Positions 1-13,657 of a stretch of 64,000 nt of DNA are shown here, piece by piece. The stretch covers positions 10,292,001 through 10,356,000 of the forward strand of contig NC_087248.1 in NCBI RefSeq assembly GCF_037042905.1, written 5' to 3'. Numbering within the stretch: position 1 is the stretch's first letter; every line of letters starts with the position of its first letter. The notes beneath the pieces were generated by a model that made no database searches, was not told where the DNA came from, and worked only from the letters and a program-made list of their open reading frames with translations. The DNA comes from Lytechinus pictus (Eukaryota). The position numbers and the translations under genes are program-made.

Positions 1-1004
1 TAACGAAAGCGTCCCTTCAGTTTGTAAGGGTTTTCTCTTTTCATGTTTTCCTAAGTTAGTACTTTTTAGGACGAACTTTTTATGGCGTATCGATCATATT
101 AAGATAAAAATGGTTGAGAAAGGTGTAGAAAGAGAGTTGGAGCGATCGAGACCGATTTGTAATTGGAATTTGTGAATGATCCTGTTTTTAAACTGTTCAA
201 TGTATTATTTATTTTTAATACACAACTGCCAGTTTCTTACGTCCTCATTACTCTACCCCCCCCCCCAAAAAAAATGGTTTGAAGTGCCAATGTACTCTTT
301 GATGAGATATCAAAAAATAAAACCACGATTCACAGAGGCTATACATGTAGATAACACCGAGCTCTGATCTTTTCAAGTTTATCACTTTCGAAGCTCTTGA
401 AAATAACGATCGTTTAGACATTTTATTCTTATAACACTCATATTTAACAATCCACTAATTTAAAGACCTATTGCTCATGTCACAAGTGCTCGAAGGACAG
501 GCAGACACGCATGTCCATTGTACTCAACAAGTGTACAACTTGGCTGTCTGATCATCAATGCACAATACGTAATATCTTGCCAACTTTGAAATGTACAACT
601 TAATTATAAGAGGAAATAGTGGTAAATAAAGGGGTTGAGTCAAAGATGTCAGTGATTTAGCCGTCCCAATGACATTTATATTCTGAAAGGTCACCACGGT
701 CAAAGCAGGTTGAAAGTTTTGTTTTCTTTTACTTTTTGTCACTCGGAAAATGTCCAAAAATTCGTGATCGGTAATTATCCATTTGTTCCCACCTTAATTC
801 TAATCCCAATACATGTTAAATTGCTCACTGAAACTCTAACAGGGCAAGTATGATTGTACCATGATTTTGTAGATAGTTTTTCTGTCCCGCCGAGAGCAGT
901 TGGATTAACGGATTTTCCCACGATTATTGTGTATTGACCATTAAATAGTCAAACTTCTTAAATGATCCCGAATCACCTTTGACTTACCAATATACATGTA
1001 GAAT

Positions 1005-3027
1005 ATGATGGAGATTTATGCATCATCGCGGCATTTATTCTTGCTTGTTTGCGTCATCGGTAAGTTTTGATTTTGTTTCTCTTCTTTTCTTTCAGTCTTA
1101 GGCAATTGAATTCTATGATCTGTTCAAGTTGTTTCATGCATTCGATTGGGGGCAGCTCCGTCACTATTAGTTGACTATCAACGGGGTCGCACTATAATAG
1201 GCTACTATTGCAGCTCCTTTCAAACTCACCCCATGATTTTCTTTAGGGATAGAAGGGGGAAACGTACGTAGTAAATACAAGAAAAGGTTTTTTTAGCGAA
1301 ATAAGTAGGAAGAATTATGATGTCACCATTATAATTAGGTCTAATAAGCCTTCTAGGCTATCCCCATTCACAGTAAAACAAAATCATATAAAATTGAGTT
1401 GTTTATCAACTGATAAGTTTAGATTCTAAACAAACAAGTTTTAACAATTTTTTCATTAATGATTTTTGTGTGTGCTTAATTGCTGTGTAAAACTGGACTT
1501 ATAAAGAACCATAACAATAAACCAGTTATAGTTTTACATATTATATGAAATGCAATTATTACTTTTCTTTTGGTATATTTCGTTTTCCTACACACATGTA
1601 TGCTTCAATTTCTTCTTCGTTTCTTTCTTTCATTTCCCTTACCTTTCTCCGATCACCAAGCTTACTGTTCTTTCTCTGTTAAGCTTTTTCTGTCTTTTGT
1701 TGTCTTACCTATTCCCACTTTGTATCTTTCTTCCCATCTCTTCTTTCTGTCAACTCATTCAAGCCTTTTCATTCCCACTTCTCCCCCCATGATTTATCCT
1801 TTTCTAAACATCTCTCCCTCTCTTACTCTCTCCCTGTTTTCCTTTCTCTTATCCCATATATTTCATCCCTCTCCTTCATTTCTATGTTTCTATCTCTCTT
1901 GCTCTCTTTCTTTATGCCATTCTTTCAACCGTTAGTCTGTTAAAAGTTGTACTTAGTCTTAAGATGTAGTTATTTCATATTATTATGTAATTGAATGGTG
2001 AAAATAATGTGTAATCAAATTTGTAACATTACAATTGTAAACTTCATGTAATTCAGCCTTTGGGCTGCGATGTGTTGTTTTTGCCAATAAATACCATTTT
2101 ACTACTACTACTACTACTACTACTACAGAACGGAATTTATACAGATATTTTCTATTTTCTATTAGCAGTGTACGTTTATTTTTTTTCATTAAAAGATTAC
2201 AAATATAAGTAAAGCACAGATTGGGGGCATTTGAATACTATGGTGCCTCCCTTATTTCAACTTCATCAATCTCACAGATTAACAAAATTTCTACTACATC
2301 AAATAAGGAATTCTCTAGATTATGTACCCTTCTCCTCCTCCCCCCTCCTTGTAGTCTTCCACATTTGCCGTCACAAATACTCTCATTATCCGATTGGGTG
2401 CTAACTTCCCATTGGCTAGTTATTCTTGTTCTTCTTCTTTTTTTTACTAACAATAAACTTAATTCACATTTTCATCTTTATCTAGGGTCAATGGGGACAA
2501 CCCTGGCAGCACACCGGCCTTTACGCATGGTGGTGAAAGAATTCAGAATTCCGTTAAACCAAAACGCCGCCGACCTAGGCACAGCTGATCAGAGTGTACA
2601 ATCACAGAACGGGGCGTCAGTTGGCAGTTCCACGTCGACCAGTGCAGAAAGCGAAGAGAGTCAACAGCCAAGCGACGCAGCGTCAGCCGCGAATAACGCT
2701 GTCGGAACTCCGGCTGACGCGGCTAATCGTCTTAACCCAATCAAACGGATCATACCGGATCATTATGGGCCTTCTGTTGGTGATCCATACAGGAAATCAG
2801 CCCAGGATAATCACTGGCATTTTAGGAGCTCGACGACATTGGCGGTAGCTGCCCTTGGAGTTGCTCTGGTAGCGCTTATTGCATCACTCGGGGTTGGAGC
2901 CGCCATAATGTCCCAGAAGAACAGACAGGAGGCCGCAACGGGATTCCTCAGGACCGAGGGATACGTCGAAATGCTTGAAATACCAACTTATGATGAACAA
3001 GAGTTATGTCGTAACGTCAATTCATAG
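1005..3027 (+). CDS. Two-exon orphan type I membrane protein (~198 aa): signal peptide, Ser/Ala-rich ectodomain, one TM helix, short cytoplasmic tail
   Basis: Exon 1 1005-1059 (MMEIYASSRHLFLLVCVI-G, donor G|GTAAG) joins in phase 1 to exon 2 2486-3027 (pyrimidine tract + TAG acceptor), giving MMEIYASSRHLFLLVCVIGSMGTTLA-AHRP...; hydrophobic TLAVAALGVALVALIASLGVGAAIM; exon 2 is GC-richer than its flanks. Confidence 0.75.
1550..1935. repeat. Pyrimidine-rich (CT/TTC) low-complexity tract
   Basis: Composition; explains the F/L/S-rich spurious ORFs. Confidence 0.7.
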
Positions 3028-3949
3028 CCGACATTGAGATTGTGCATATATGTGGAACACTTGCAGTGTGGTGTTACTGGTCAGTGAAAGCGGTGTATGG
3101 AACCATGTGCGGCAAATTTATGGCATTGTTCTAGAGGACAGGGGTGGGGATGAGATGAATCTCACCCAATGGCTGCTGTAAAAACTTCTAAATCCGAGGG
3201 ACCCCCCCCCCCCCCCCCCCCCGCCGAGGATCGGTGACCATGCGTGGAACCAACGGATATACCGTATAACCTGTTGATAGTTAAAATAACGTTGTTTTAG
3301 TCTTTTTTTTTACATTCCCTGTGTACGTCGAAACTGATACGTCAAAAGCTTTCTCATAAAAATTGACGCAAGAAAGCTAGCTAGACGTCCTTGAAGGGTT
3401 TGTTTCATCAGTTGATGATCATTAATCGGACATTTGGCTAAGCTTCTGAAATCGGAGCAACTTGTTCGCTTACAGTAAATTTGTCATGCAGTGAAATCAC
3501 TGATTAATGACCTCCATGAAGGTTCACCAGGATAACAAATTGTGACGAAACAGATTGATTATTGAGGTAAACAGATATTAATCATGCATAGGGGGTATCC
3601 AGGAATTCCTTTAAAATAAAGAGGTATGGAAACATCTGACTATTTTTATATTTATTTTTTAATTTACCCCAACCATGACGATTGGAATATTGAAAATGTA
3701 GATGAAAAGAACATAACTAAAAAGACTAATACTTTTCTGACAAACTAAGAATGACAACACTTCTCATTGCAAATAGGGCATTTGTCTCATCTAGCCAACG
3801 CCTCCGTAGACGCTATATCTGCACCCACCTCTCCAGAACAACCATCGAGGATGAGAGTTTTAAAGAAAATGATATGTATAAATGAATGGAATATTGGGGG
3901 CGATCTTTCTCGTAAATGAGGCAGACATTAGGCCACGTGCACATAGAAT

Positions 3950-4548
3950 TTGCTATGTTAATATTATCTGTTTCAATAAACAATGAATCTGATAGTAAAA
4001 AATTACATATCTGGAATATTGATAAGCAGTATATGCAAAAAACAGTTAGATATACAGGGTCCACAGTATGGAACTCATTACCAACTTCGATTACGGAGAA
4101 TGTCTTTTTGAATACTTTCAAAAAAAATCTTAAAGTTTATTTGTTGTCATATTAATTTTATTTAAATTTAGATTTTAGCCTATATTAATTTTGAATTCTA
4201 CCTGAGAGAGAGATGGGGGTAGGGGGGGGGGGTGGGACAGGCGGTAGGTGGGGATAGGGGGGTGGGGATATGGGGACAAGACGTTGAATCCAAATACATG
4301 CGCCATCTAATATTGTTATCATTATTATATTTGTATTCTGTTAACTTTTGGACTCCTGCCATTTACAAGCTTTTTAAGAAAGCTTTCTACAGGTGTTCCA
4401 TTTTCCATTTATTTCTATCACTTACAATATTAATTTACTATGCTTATGTATTTGATCTATTTTTGTATATACATGTGTATTTCAAATGTACATATTTTGT
4501 TGTTTTTTAATGGAAAATAATAAATAAATTGAATTGAATTGAATTGAT
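3950..4548 (+). mobile_element. Decayed 3' end of a CR1/L2-group LINE
   Basis: ORF remnant ...TVRYTGSTVWNSLP...NTFKKNLKVYLL typical of the L2/CR1 ORF2 C-terminus, then AATAAA and a (TTGAA)n tail at ~4518-4548. Confidence 0.6.
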
Positions 4549-4849
4549 AATGGAAAGACGCGCAGGTGGCGAGGGGGCGCTCTAAAAATCTATTCGCAGT
4601 TTTTCATGGGGAAAAAATAGATGTAAAATAATATTTGATGTACATAATGTATGTAAACATTATTGAAAAAAAACTTCCACAAATGAAAGTACAATATGTA
4701 TGCAATGATGACCAAACTGACATGATTGTTAATATTTGATTCTTTTGTCTTGAATGTCTTTAGCCTCAATTTGAATAGACTTCTTTATCCATTCGTGCCT
4801 TTTGTTGTACACAATGTTGATTAAACTGTTGAAGTAATGATGATAATAC

Positions 4850-5082
4850 AGCATTTATGAGGCGCCGATTATCTAGTTGCCTAATGAATGACGCACTTTA
4901 CAGTATATTACTCCGGCCCTAGCTCCAGCTGCTAAATGAAATCCAAGGAATTAATCCTTCCGGGTTCCTGGGCTGATTGTAGCACAATATGGGTTTCTTA
5001 CACACAAACCATGCCTGGGATTCGAACCCACGTCCCTCTGACTGAAAGACGAGAGTCATAACCACTAGACCACGACGCTCCA
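4850..5082 (-). mobile_element. tRNA-derived SINE
   Basis: Minus strand starts GGAGCGTCGTGGTCTAGTGGTT (A box) ... GGGTTCGAATCCC (B box) with a non-tRNA tail. Confidence 0.65.
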
Positions 5083-5969
5083 AAAGTAAGAGGAAAAGTC
5101 AGGCCTATTAATTGGAGAAAGTCTACCCAAGAGTCAACTTGGATTTGATCAATTCAGATTAATGAGGGAAGCATATTAATGAATCTTTTGTATGTATATC
5201 TTGTGACGTCACTCCCCATCATGCCATGTAATAAAAATTCTATCCCATGGGATCTGACGATAAATTGATTACACAGGAAAATCATTTTCAAATGAAAAGA
5301 AATGGGAAATAAATTTTTATTATCTCATGACAAATAGGGGAATGTATAACGTCATTATATCCTGCAATCCTTTCGCTGAATCTTCACTATGCTTTCTAAA
5401 TGTTTTTTTTTCTTAACCAGTTTTTCGGTAGGTTGAATTTCTCCTTCAATGATAAAACAATGATGACAAAATACATTCTGAAATTATTACAGCAAACAAA
5501 GAAATATTCGTTTGATTGATAGGTGTGTTTTTTGTTCGATAAGCTGAAAACAAGTATATAAATAATTATTGTTAGCGGGCATAAATATTCACATTTTAAT
5601 GAGAACGTACCCTATAACAATCAACACTATAAGAGCACCAACATTTATTCTATATATTACTGTTAAAAATCCATTTAACCGCTAAGATTAGATAGGTCTA
5701 AATTTTATTGAAAAATAATGATAATAAAATACATTTTTTTTTCTGATTCCTTCGTTTTGAATGTTTGAATTTATTGACTGATCAGTGCCATGCACGCATG
5801 CTATTCATACTTGATGTACCACACAATTCAATGAGAAAGATTTCCGCCTTGAAACGATGTTGGATCGTTTCCTGTTAATTAGGCTAGAGGTCAATGCACC
5901 TGGCATGGACGTGAATATTCGCATGACATTAATGAATCATGAAATAACAGTGGATCGATTGATAGATAT

Positions 5970-6577
5970 CCCTATGTCCTACTGGAATAAACCCTTTGTG
6001 TGCCACAGTGTGTTCACAGAGTGAAACACAATGTGAAATCACCTTCACACTGTTAATTTGAATTTGAGCATTTCAACACACTTTCACTCCATACACACAT
6101 CCCTACTAGACAGAACACAGTGCCCCACAGTGTGTGCCACAGTGTGAAATCACCTTCACATTGTTAAATTTGAGCATTTCAACACACCTTCACTCCGTAC
6201 ACACATCCCTACTAGACAGAACACAGTGCCCCACAGTGTGTGCCACAGTGTGAAATCACCTTCACATTGTTAAATTTGAGCATTTCAACACACCTTCACT
6301 CCGTACACACATCCCTACTAGACAGAACACAGTGCCCCACAGTGTGTGCCACAGTGTGAAATCACCTTCACACTGTTAAATTGGAGCATTTCGACAGTGT
6401 GAATCACATATTCACATACAGTCGACCATGTGAACACGCTGTGAACAAAGATTGTCGAGGTGTCCACAATGTGAAATATCTCCACACTGTTGAATTTGAG
6501 CATTGTAATAGTGTGAATAATATTTTCACATAGTCCACCTTGTGATCACACGATGTGAAACTGTTCTTTCTAGCGGG
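5970..6577. repeat. Composite repeat with an internal ~106 bp tandem array (copy 1 of family)
   Basis: Unit CACAGTGTGAAATCACCTTCACATTGTTAAATTTGAGCATTTCAACACACCTTCACTCC...CCCTACTAGACAGAACACAG repeated ~4x; unique 3' part shared with 16560-16761. Confidence 0.85.
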
Positions 6578-6829
6578 TTTTTTTTTAAAATCATATCCTT
6601 TATCATTATCCGTTTATATATGTGTGGGGTGTGTATGTGTGAGGATGGGAGGTCGTTTGTGTGTGTGTATTCATGTAGATACATCGATAGATGGACAAAC
6701 AAAATATAGCAATGGGATTCGTGTTTATGTAGCACTTATAAACACGGAACGGAGCGACGTCTCCAAGAGCTTGACAATTAATTACGGCGGCGTCATCGAA
6801 TTATTGCTTGCTTGCACATATAATGTATG

Positions 6830-7050
6830 TACTTTCCCCACTCCCCGGGGAGGATTCCAACAAGAGTTTCCAAGCTGAGTCTCAATTTTCTAGGCATGCC
6901 TGTACCACATATGCTTTCGCATTCTACATGGTACCGAGCGTTTAACGTAGGTGATGAATTAAAGACGCTATGCCTCCCGGTTGGACTCGAACACACAACC
7001 CTTTATTTACAAGGCCAGAGTCAGAACCACTAAACCACAACGCTTCCGCA
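6830..7050 (-). mobile_element. Degenerate tRNA-derived SINE
   Basis: Minus strand GGAAGCGTTGTGGTTTAGTGGTT ... GTTCGAGTCC (A/B boxes). Confidence 0.5.
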
Positions 7051-7812
7051 CATACAATCTATACGCGATTACAGTAAAAACAATTAGTGGGAGGGGCAGG
7101 GGGCGTGTTATCAAATATAGATACTTCAATAACATACTAGTTCTTTTTCGGCAAATCCCCCAAAACCTCCTCATTCATTTCATTGGAACTACGCCTGGAA
7201 CTGTTATGTAATCCAGTGTATATGTTCCAAAAGTATTACATAATATGTCTCACCACGTCATTGAATGTGAAGTCATCACAATCATTTTCTGGTCGACAAT
7301 ATCAGGAGCCGATGTTGAAGAAATGGGCAGCGAGTTGGCCGCGGCTCCACTCGGATATACAGTTCTTATTTTCACAATTCAGGGGCCAGCAAATTATAAT
7401 CCGCCCTCATTGGGTAGCTATAAGGACTGGCCGTGAGGGGGGGGGGGGTGGGGGATATGGCATTCCACCCCAGCATAGACTGCAGGCACAGACCCTGATT
7501 GGAACTTTGATCAATAAGTGTGCCTCCACGCAAAGACTAGCACATAAAAAACTTGCTGTTCCTGAGCGAGAGAGCCTTCAGTACACAAGGCATGAGTAGG
7601 CTGCACATTCAGACCCTTAACTCGAGTGAAGGGTTTGCCCAGCAGACTAGCATAGACTGGCGAGCTAAACAGACGTAAAGAAATTAAATAAAGCTAGCAA
7701 TAAAGGGAGAAATGGGTGAATAACCAATCCAACGATATCTGTCGCACACTTTACAAATTTTGTACAATGTCATCGGATATTACTGACCAAAATATGTCGC
7801 AAAGTTTACAAT

Positions 7813-9008
7813 CAGTGGCGTACCGTGGGCCACGGCATTGGGGGGGGGGGGGGCACCAGCAAAAATTTCGAGTCAGTTAGGGAGCGCGCGAAGCGCGCTC
7901 AGTAGCCAGGTATACTGACCTAATAGAGACATTTTAAGGACATGCAGTGCCATTAAACGGATATGTATCTCACTGATTAAAAAATGCGAGCGCGAAGCGC
8001 GAGCTGAAAATTTTTTATATTCAGACCTAAAAAGGGACATTATAAGCATTTTTTTTTTGTAATCATGATATGTACCTGCCTCGCTAGACAAACAATGCGA
8101 GCGCGAAGCGCGAGCTGAAATTTTTTTATATATTGACCCCAAACAGGGAATATATTTTAGGAATCCATTAAGAGTATACATATTTCAGCATAGTCATCTA
8201 ATGCTAGTACCATCCTTTGCTGATTTTGTTAGAATTACATCTAAACAAATTTAGCACTTTTTGTAGACATGGTAATCATGATTGTCATACCCATCTAACT
8301 AATCAAATGCGACCGCGAAGCGCGAGCTGAAAATGTAGAAAATTCAGACCTGAAGAGGAGCATTCTAAGGCTTGTTTGCATGAATTCACTAAGACCGTAC
8401 GTATTACACTAACCAAATGATGCGAGCGCGAAGCGTGAGCTGAACATTTTTGATATTGAGATCAGAAAAATTGACATTTTAAGGACTGATTTTAGGAATT
8501 CATGAAGAGCAGACATCTCACCAATCAACTAATACGAACGTTAGCACGGACAGGAAATGTTTTATACTAAGACCTTAAATAGGGCAATCACTTTAAGTAG
8601 TCATGAAAAAGAAGCAAATGTGTCACTACACAAAATAATAATAACTCGAATTACGAGGAAATATATTTGGTGTACAGTATATTGATTTGAAAACGGGGGT
8701 TTTAGTACAACAGGATTATATATCTCGTTTAAAAGTCTCTGCGAGCACCAGGAACAATATAGACATAGGCCCTGAGCAAATAATGTTTCATAAAGTTATG
8801 AAAAAATGCTTCTTATGTAATATAACATGATTATCATATAATATAACATTTATAATGAACATAATTTCTTCTTTCCCCACTACGTTTCTCTTCCTTTCTC
8901 CCTCTTTTTCTCCTTTTCCCCGTTTTTTTTTTTTTTTTTTTTTTTTTTTTGGCCAGCCGATGGGGGGGGCACGTGCCCCCCCCATGCCCCCCCGTAGTTA
9001 CGCCACTG
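7813..9008. mobile_element. Non-autonomous hAT-type transposon (MITE)
   Basis: TIRs CAGTGGCGTA...TACGCCACTG; 8-bp TSD TTTACAAT (7805-7812 / 9009-9016); internal GCGAGCGCGAAGCGCGAGC hairpin repeats; paralog at 45989-46940. Confidence 0.92.
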
Positions 9009-9208
9009 TTTACAATAAAAGAAATCCATCGAAGCCGTTTGCCATTTGAGTCAAAGGTCGGGGTATCATGTCTAACATTCGACGTTTTTTTACAGGTAAG
9101 GTCACTTAGGCCTATATAGGCAGTATTCAAGAATACCCGGTGGCTTAAAAATAAATCAGTAATTTTTTTATAATAAATTATGAGTAGGGCATGTCGTTTG
9201 TTTTTTAA

Positions 9209-12167
9209 TCAATTAGCGTTCTGGATAACAAATGTTTTCCATGGGTTCATAAATTGAACAGTCCCGTCATCTGCTAGGTGGCAACATTCCGGTGATTTCA
9301 AATAAGAGATGACGTCATCACAGAGCTGCGCAGGTGCAGTGTGTAATTGCCCTCGGCAGATGACTCGTCGAAGACGGAGCTGATGTCGGCCGATGATGAC
9401 TGCGCATGGACGTCGTAGGGGAGACCAAGGGTCTTTAACGATCGTTCAACGTCGGAGCTGTTCACAACTGTGATGTGAGGGTTGTGTTCGATAATGACCG
9501 GGAAATTTTTGATGAATTTCGTGTTGCTGGATTGGTCTGAAAGAAAGTAAATATAAATGTATAATGGCCTCCATCACTTTCAAGCTCCAAGCTTAAGATG
9601 GAGGTCTCCCACATTTCTATATATATATGTTCAGTAATTAAAGAAAATGTATATATAGATATAATTTCACAGTACAATTGATATTTTATAATGATTTATG
9701 TGCATTATTCATTATGTTTAAAAAATATTTGCCTATTATGTAATATTGAAAAAAATATTATACTTGTATATTCTTTGTTTTTGTTTTGAAATGTGGAAAT
9801 AAAATAAATCAAATCAAATCAAACAGTAAAAATCAATACAGCGGAGGGAAAGATTAAAACGATAATGCTATAAACATTATTTAAACCCCAAAAATACCAA
9901 GAATAGGTATTACGGCATATTGCACAATGGCAATGAAGTTTAATACAATATACGTCCATGTCGTATTTTTTTTGTTCGAAATGGTTAATGGTAATATGAT
10001 CGACTTATTCGATTTGGTCGTGGCAATTTTTTTATAGGGACTGTATTGTATGACTTTGGACCTAGCTAAGTGTCAATTTGCCTGTCCCTATTTCTATTTT
10101 TGTTTTGCATTTTTACTTCTTATTTTATTCTCTTTATTTCTTATCTATCTGGCCGGGTATATTTCATAAAGCTTGTTATAATATCAAATTTGCAATAAGA
10201 GTTTAAAGCTCGATTTGAATGGCTGATAGCAAGTTTGTTATGGAAAATGTTGATGTTTTTTTTTAGCAAATCATGAAACCGGATCCTACATATTGTTTTC
10301 CCCTCATATCATTTTCGGGTTGTTTTCGAGATCTTCTTTTCATTATTATTGGCGGGGTCAATATATTTTGGTGCCTGCATGGTTTATTAGATAATTATTT
10401 GCAATTAAATAATATGCAACAACAATCAAAATTCTTGATTGTATATAGTTTACCAGTTGTGACGGCTATCATCAACACGCCCCCGTCATCGAGTAAGTCA
10501 TAAAAGAATCGTATAGTGTCTTCCATGTCACTGGCGTAATACAATGAATGCACCGCGCTGATGAAATGAAAGTTGTTTGGCTGCTTGCCCCCTTTCTGTT
10601 CTTCACGATCTTTCTGAAACGTCTGCATCGTCTGCTCCTTCCAGTCAAACTGAATATCTGGAGAGAAAAAGAGAAATTTATGCAGAGATCGGCGGCACCA
10701 GGGGGGGGGGGGGGGCATGTGGTATAACCCCCCTTGCTAACCAGAAATTTTGAAAAATTATGAAAAGATTGTAAGGTAGTCCGCCCTTTATCTCATTTTT
10801 TTTTCTCTTTTTCACTCCTCTTGTCCCCTTCCCTCCACTATTTAATTGCTGCCGTCACTCAATTGGAATTAAAGTAAACTTGTAAACAATAGAATAAAAG
10901 AGCAAGCAATAATGTAAGTAATAGTAACGTGAAATTGTGACACCGAAGAATATGGCGAATTTTATAGTAAAATATAAGAATGATAATCGACAGATCCTTT
11001 TGTGGCAATTTAGATCGATGAATAAGTAATTACAGTTGTGTAGGGAAATAAATAGTGACGAATAAGAAGAAGGGGGAGGAGGAGGCGGAGGAATATAAGA
11101 AGAAGAAGAAAACGGAAAAGAAGAAGTAGGTAATACTACTATTATATATATATATATTGGTGGTGGTGGTGGTTGTAGTAGTAGTAGTGTTGGTAGCAGT
11201 AGCATGGACTTAAAGAGGGAAAAACTTCGGAACTATACCTTTGACCGCATCTTCCGTTAAAAGAAGAGATTGGTAACGCTCGATGAAAGATTTCACTGGT
11301 TCAACAACGGTATGATGGATGCGTTTGTAACGCATCGAGATTTGCCGGAGCAGCGAACTTTCAAATTCACCTACAAACAGAATTGTTATTGTTGTTACTT
11401 GTAATAATTGTATTGATATCATTACATGCTAATTGTGATCAAATATGATGGTAGAATTTTCATTTTATAAAAATTCTGAATATCGAAAAGTCTTTTATAT
11501 ATATTTGTGTTTTATTGGTGAATAAAATCAATCTCAAGTCGATCATGATATTGACGAGAGATCCCTAATTAGAAACAATCATATAATAGAATATCAACAA
11601 CAAAATAATATTCTTAAAGGGGGTAGTAGAATGTCGAAAAGTAAGAAATACATCAGAAATAAATAAAGAATAGTAAATGCATTAGGGCCTACAAAGAATA
11701 TCATGCGTCCCCCCACTTTTTTTCTCCTTAAAGAGCACTTGACACTTTTGGTGTGTCAGTTTGATGGAATTATAGCATAATCATAGCATAATCAGTTCCT
11801 TATGAATTTAATTTTTTGGTAAATTTACTAAAATTATACAATCTTGTAGATTGCGTCGTCAGCAAAATACGTGGTGGTTTGCATGCATAAAACGACCAAC
11901 ATCATGGGGGTCGGGTCCCACTTTTGGCTCGACAGATTTAATGTTAAAAATGCACCAGTACATTAACTCACCCGTTCCGCTACCTATACCGAGTGAGAAC
12001 AATGCATTGCCAGATTTATTCAGAATTTTCGATTGCATTTTATCAATGACGAGTCTAGGAAAGACTTGTTCTGCCCAGGCTCTATCTACTTCTGTTTTTC
12101 TGCATTTTCGACAGAAGAGTTGAAAGATTTTCTTGTAGTAGTCGCCGTTCGTTGTTATGCTTCTCAT
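9209..12167 (-). pseudogene. Histamine N-methyltransferase-like class I SAM methyltransferase with a frameshifted last exon
   Basis: Coding exons 12167-11972, 11370-11239, 10657-10454 and 9536-9209, all GT-AG phase 1; motifs LGIGSGTGE, TVVEP, FHFISAVHSLYY, LDDGG; frame breaks at ~9340 (stop 9298-9300) while the HNMT-like tail TAPAQLCDDVISYLKSPECC...FVIQNAN* continues in another frame to 9209. Confidence 0.8.
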
Positions 12168-12785
12168 TTTCTCCCAGTTCTAAAAGTGAAAATAAAAATG
12201 AAATGAATACATAAATAAGATAGATAGTGGATAATATAAAGGGGGTGCAACATCTCATGCAATTCTACAACTATTGTGCAATCAGAAAGTCATGAACCTA
12301 TTGATCCAAATGGAAATGAAATGTCGGTTACAGCAAACTGGTCTGAGGTATACTTTTGCGTCTGTTGATTCAAATCAAATAGACTTTCATTACATTATGA
12401 TGGCATTCTATTCACCCATCATGCCCATGGTAACCACTAGCGCACACAGGAGGAATGGGGGTAGGGCGCCAGCCCCCCGGAAAAGAAATCAAATTTTCAT
12501 TGTATATATATATATATATATATACATATATATTAGTGATATTTGAATTTTCATGAATTTCATTATTTTTCCCCTGGATTTCCTTTCTACTAAAATCAAG
12601 TAACACATTCAAAAGTGAAAAATCTACCGAAGTAGGTATAATGGATGGTGGATTTACGATACTTTCTCACATTGCATTTTAATGTGTAGGAAAATGCACC
12701 TGCTAGTACTAGGAAGTGACATAGACATGGGAAGAAGTTCGCATTTCCTGGGTTTCATTTGAATTAATAAGTAATTCTTCTTACC

Positions 12786-12950
12786 TACGTGTTACTTCTT
12801 CCCGAAACTAGGGCACAATTCTGGGGTTTTAAATTTTGTAACAGCAGCTCAACAGAATTGTACAGCCTTAGTTTGGCAGAGAATATTGAGACGATAATGA
12901 CAAGTCTTCTTAACGTGAATGCTCTCCTGCCCATGCTCAATATGCTATAG
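12786..12950 (-). other. Probable upstream 5' UTR exon of the HNMT-like gene
   Basis: Strong donor TAG|GTAAGA at ~12785 and acceptor TTTTAG at ~12180 just before the ATG at 12167. Confidence 0.4.
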
Positions 12951-12978
12951 GCCTATACATCGTTATAGGTGGTATGTC

Positions 12979-13006
12979 AGAACTTTGCCCCCGCGGTCAA
13001 AGGTCA
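12979..13006. promoter_or_regulatory. Pair of nuclear-receptor DR1-type sites
   Basis: CGGTCA-A-AGGTCA (12994-13006, +) and GGGGCA-A-AGTTCT (-, 12979-12991) back to back, just upstream of the putative first exon. Confidence 0.45.
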
Positions 13007-13657
13007 AGTTCGACGACGTTATCGGGTGAGAGGCTCACAAGGAGAGGCCAAAGAATAAATGCAAAATAAGTATTTGATCCGATCACCGCACTTGATGAAT
13101 AGTTTGTTATTCATTAATGTACATCTTGACCATTGCATTTTTTTTTAGATTTCACAATGTGCTCATTCCACAACAGGAATATCAATATAAATTGTAACTC
13201 TCGTCTGTCATGCCTATATAGTGCCTTTTATCCACGAGGCTGCAGAAAAGTGGACTTTCCTACTTCAATATGTTATATTCCTTTTGTTTTGTTTCAATAG
13301 TTGAAAGATATTTACTGTGAATGACGTCCTTTTTACCGTTTTATCAGCTTCTATAATTATTTTCATATATAGTGTCCGGAATAAAATCCTTTTCATTAAT
13401 CAATTACATACTCATAACTCTATATTGCACTTTTAAAGATCAATTTTCTTCCGACACATTACACCGAAGCTCCTTCTCAATATTTTTTTAATAGAGAATA
13501 TTAACATCTTGTTCAGCATGATGATGAATATCATACACACCTAAGTCTTCCAACAACCTCTTTGGCAAAGTATATCAACATTCACATTTATATACATTCT
13601 CTAGACTGCTACACAATTATATGATAACCAAATTACGTTTTGCATGGTAATACTTAA

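Noticed and set aside
2221-2485. N-terminal 88 codons of the 268-aa ORF
   Set aside because: AT-rich intron sequence before the acceptor at 2484-2485; TTG start
7470-7675. Element bounded by repeated AGCATAGACTG
   Set aside because: Termini and TSD could not be defined consistently
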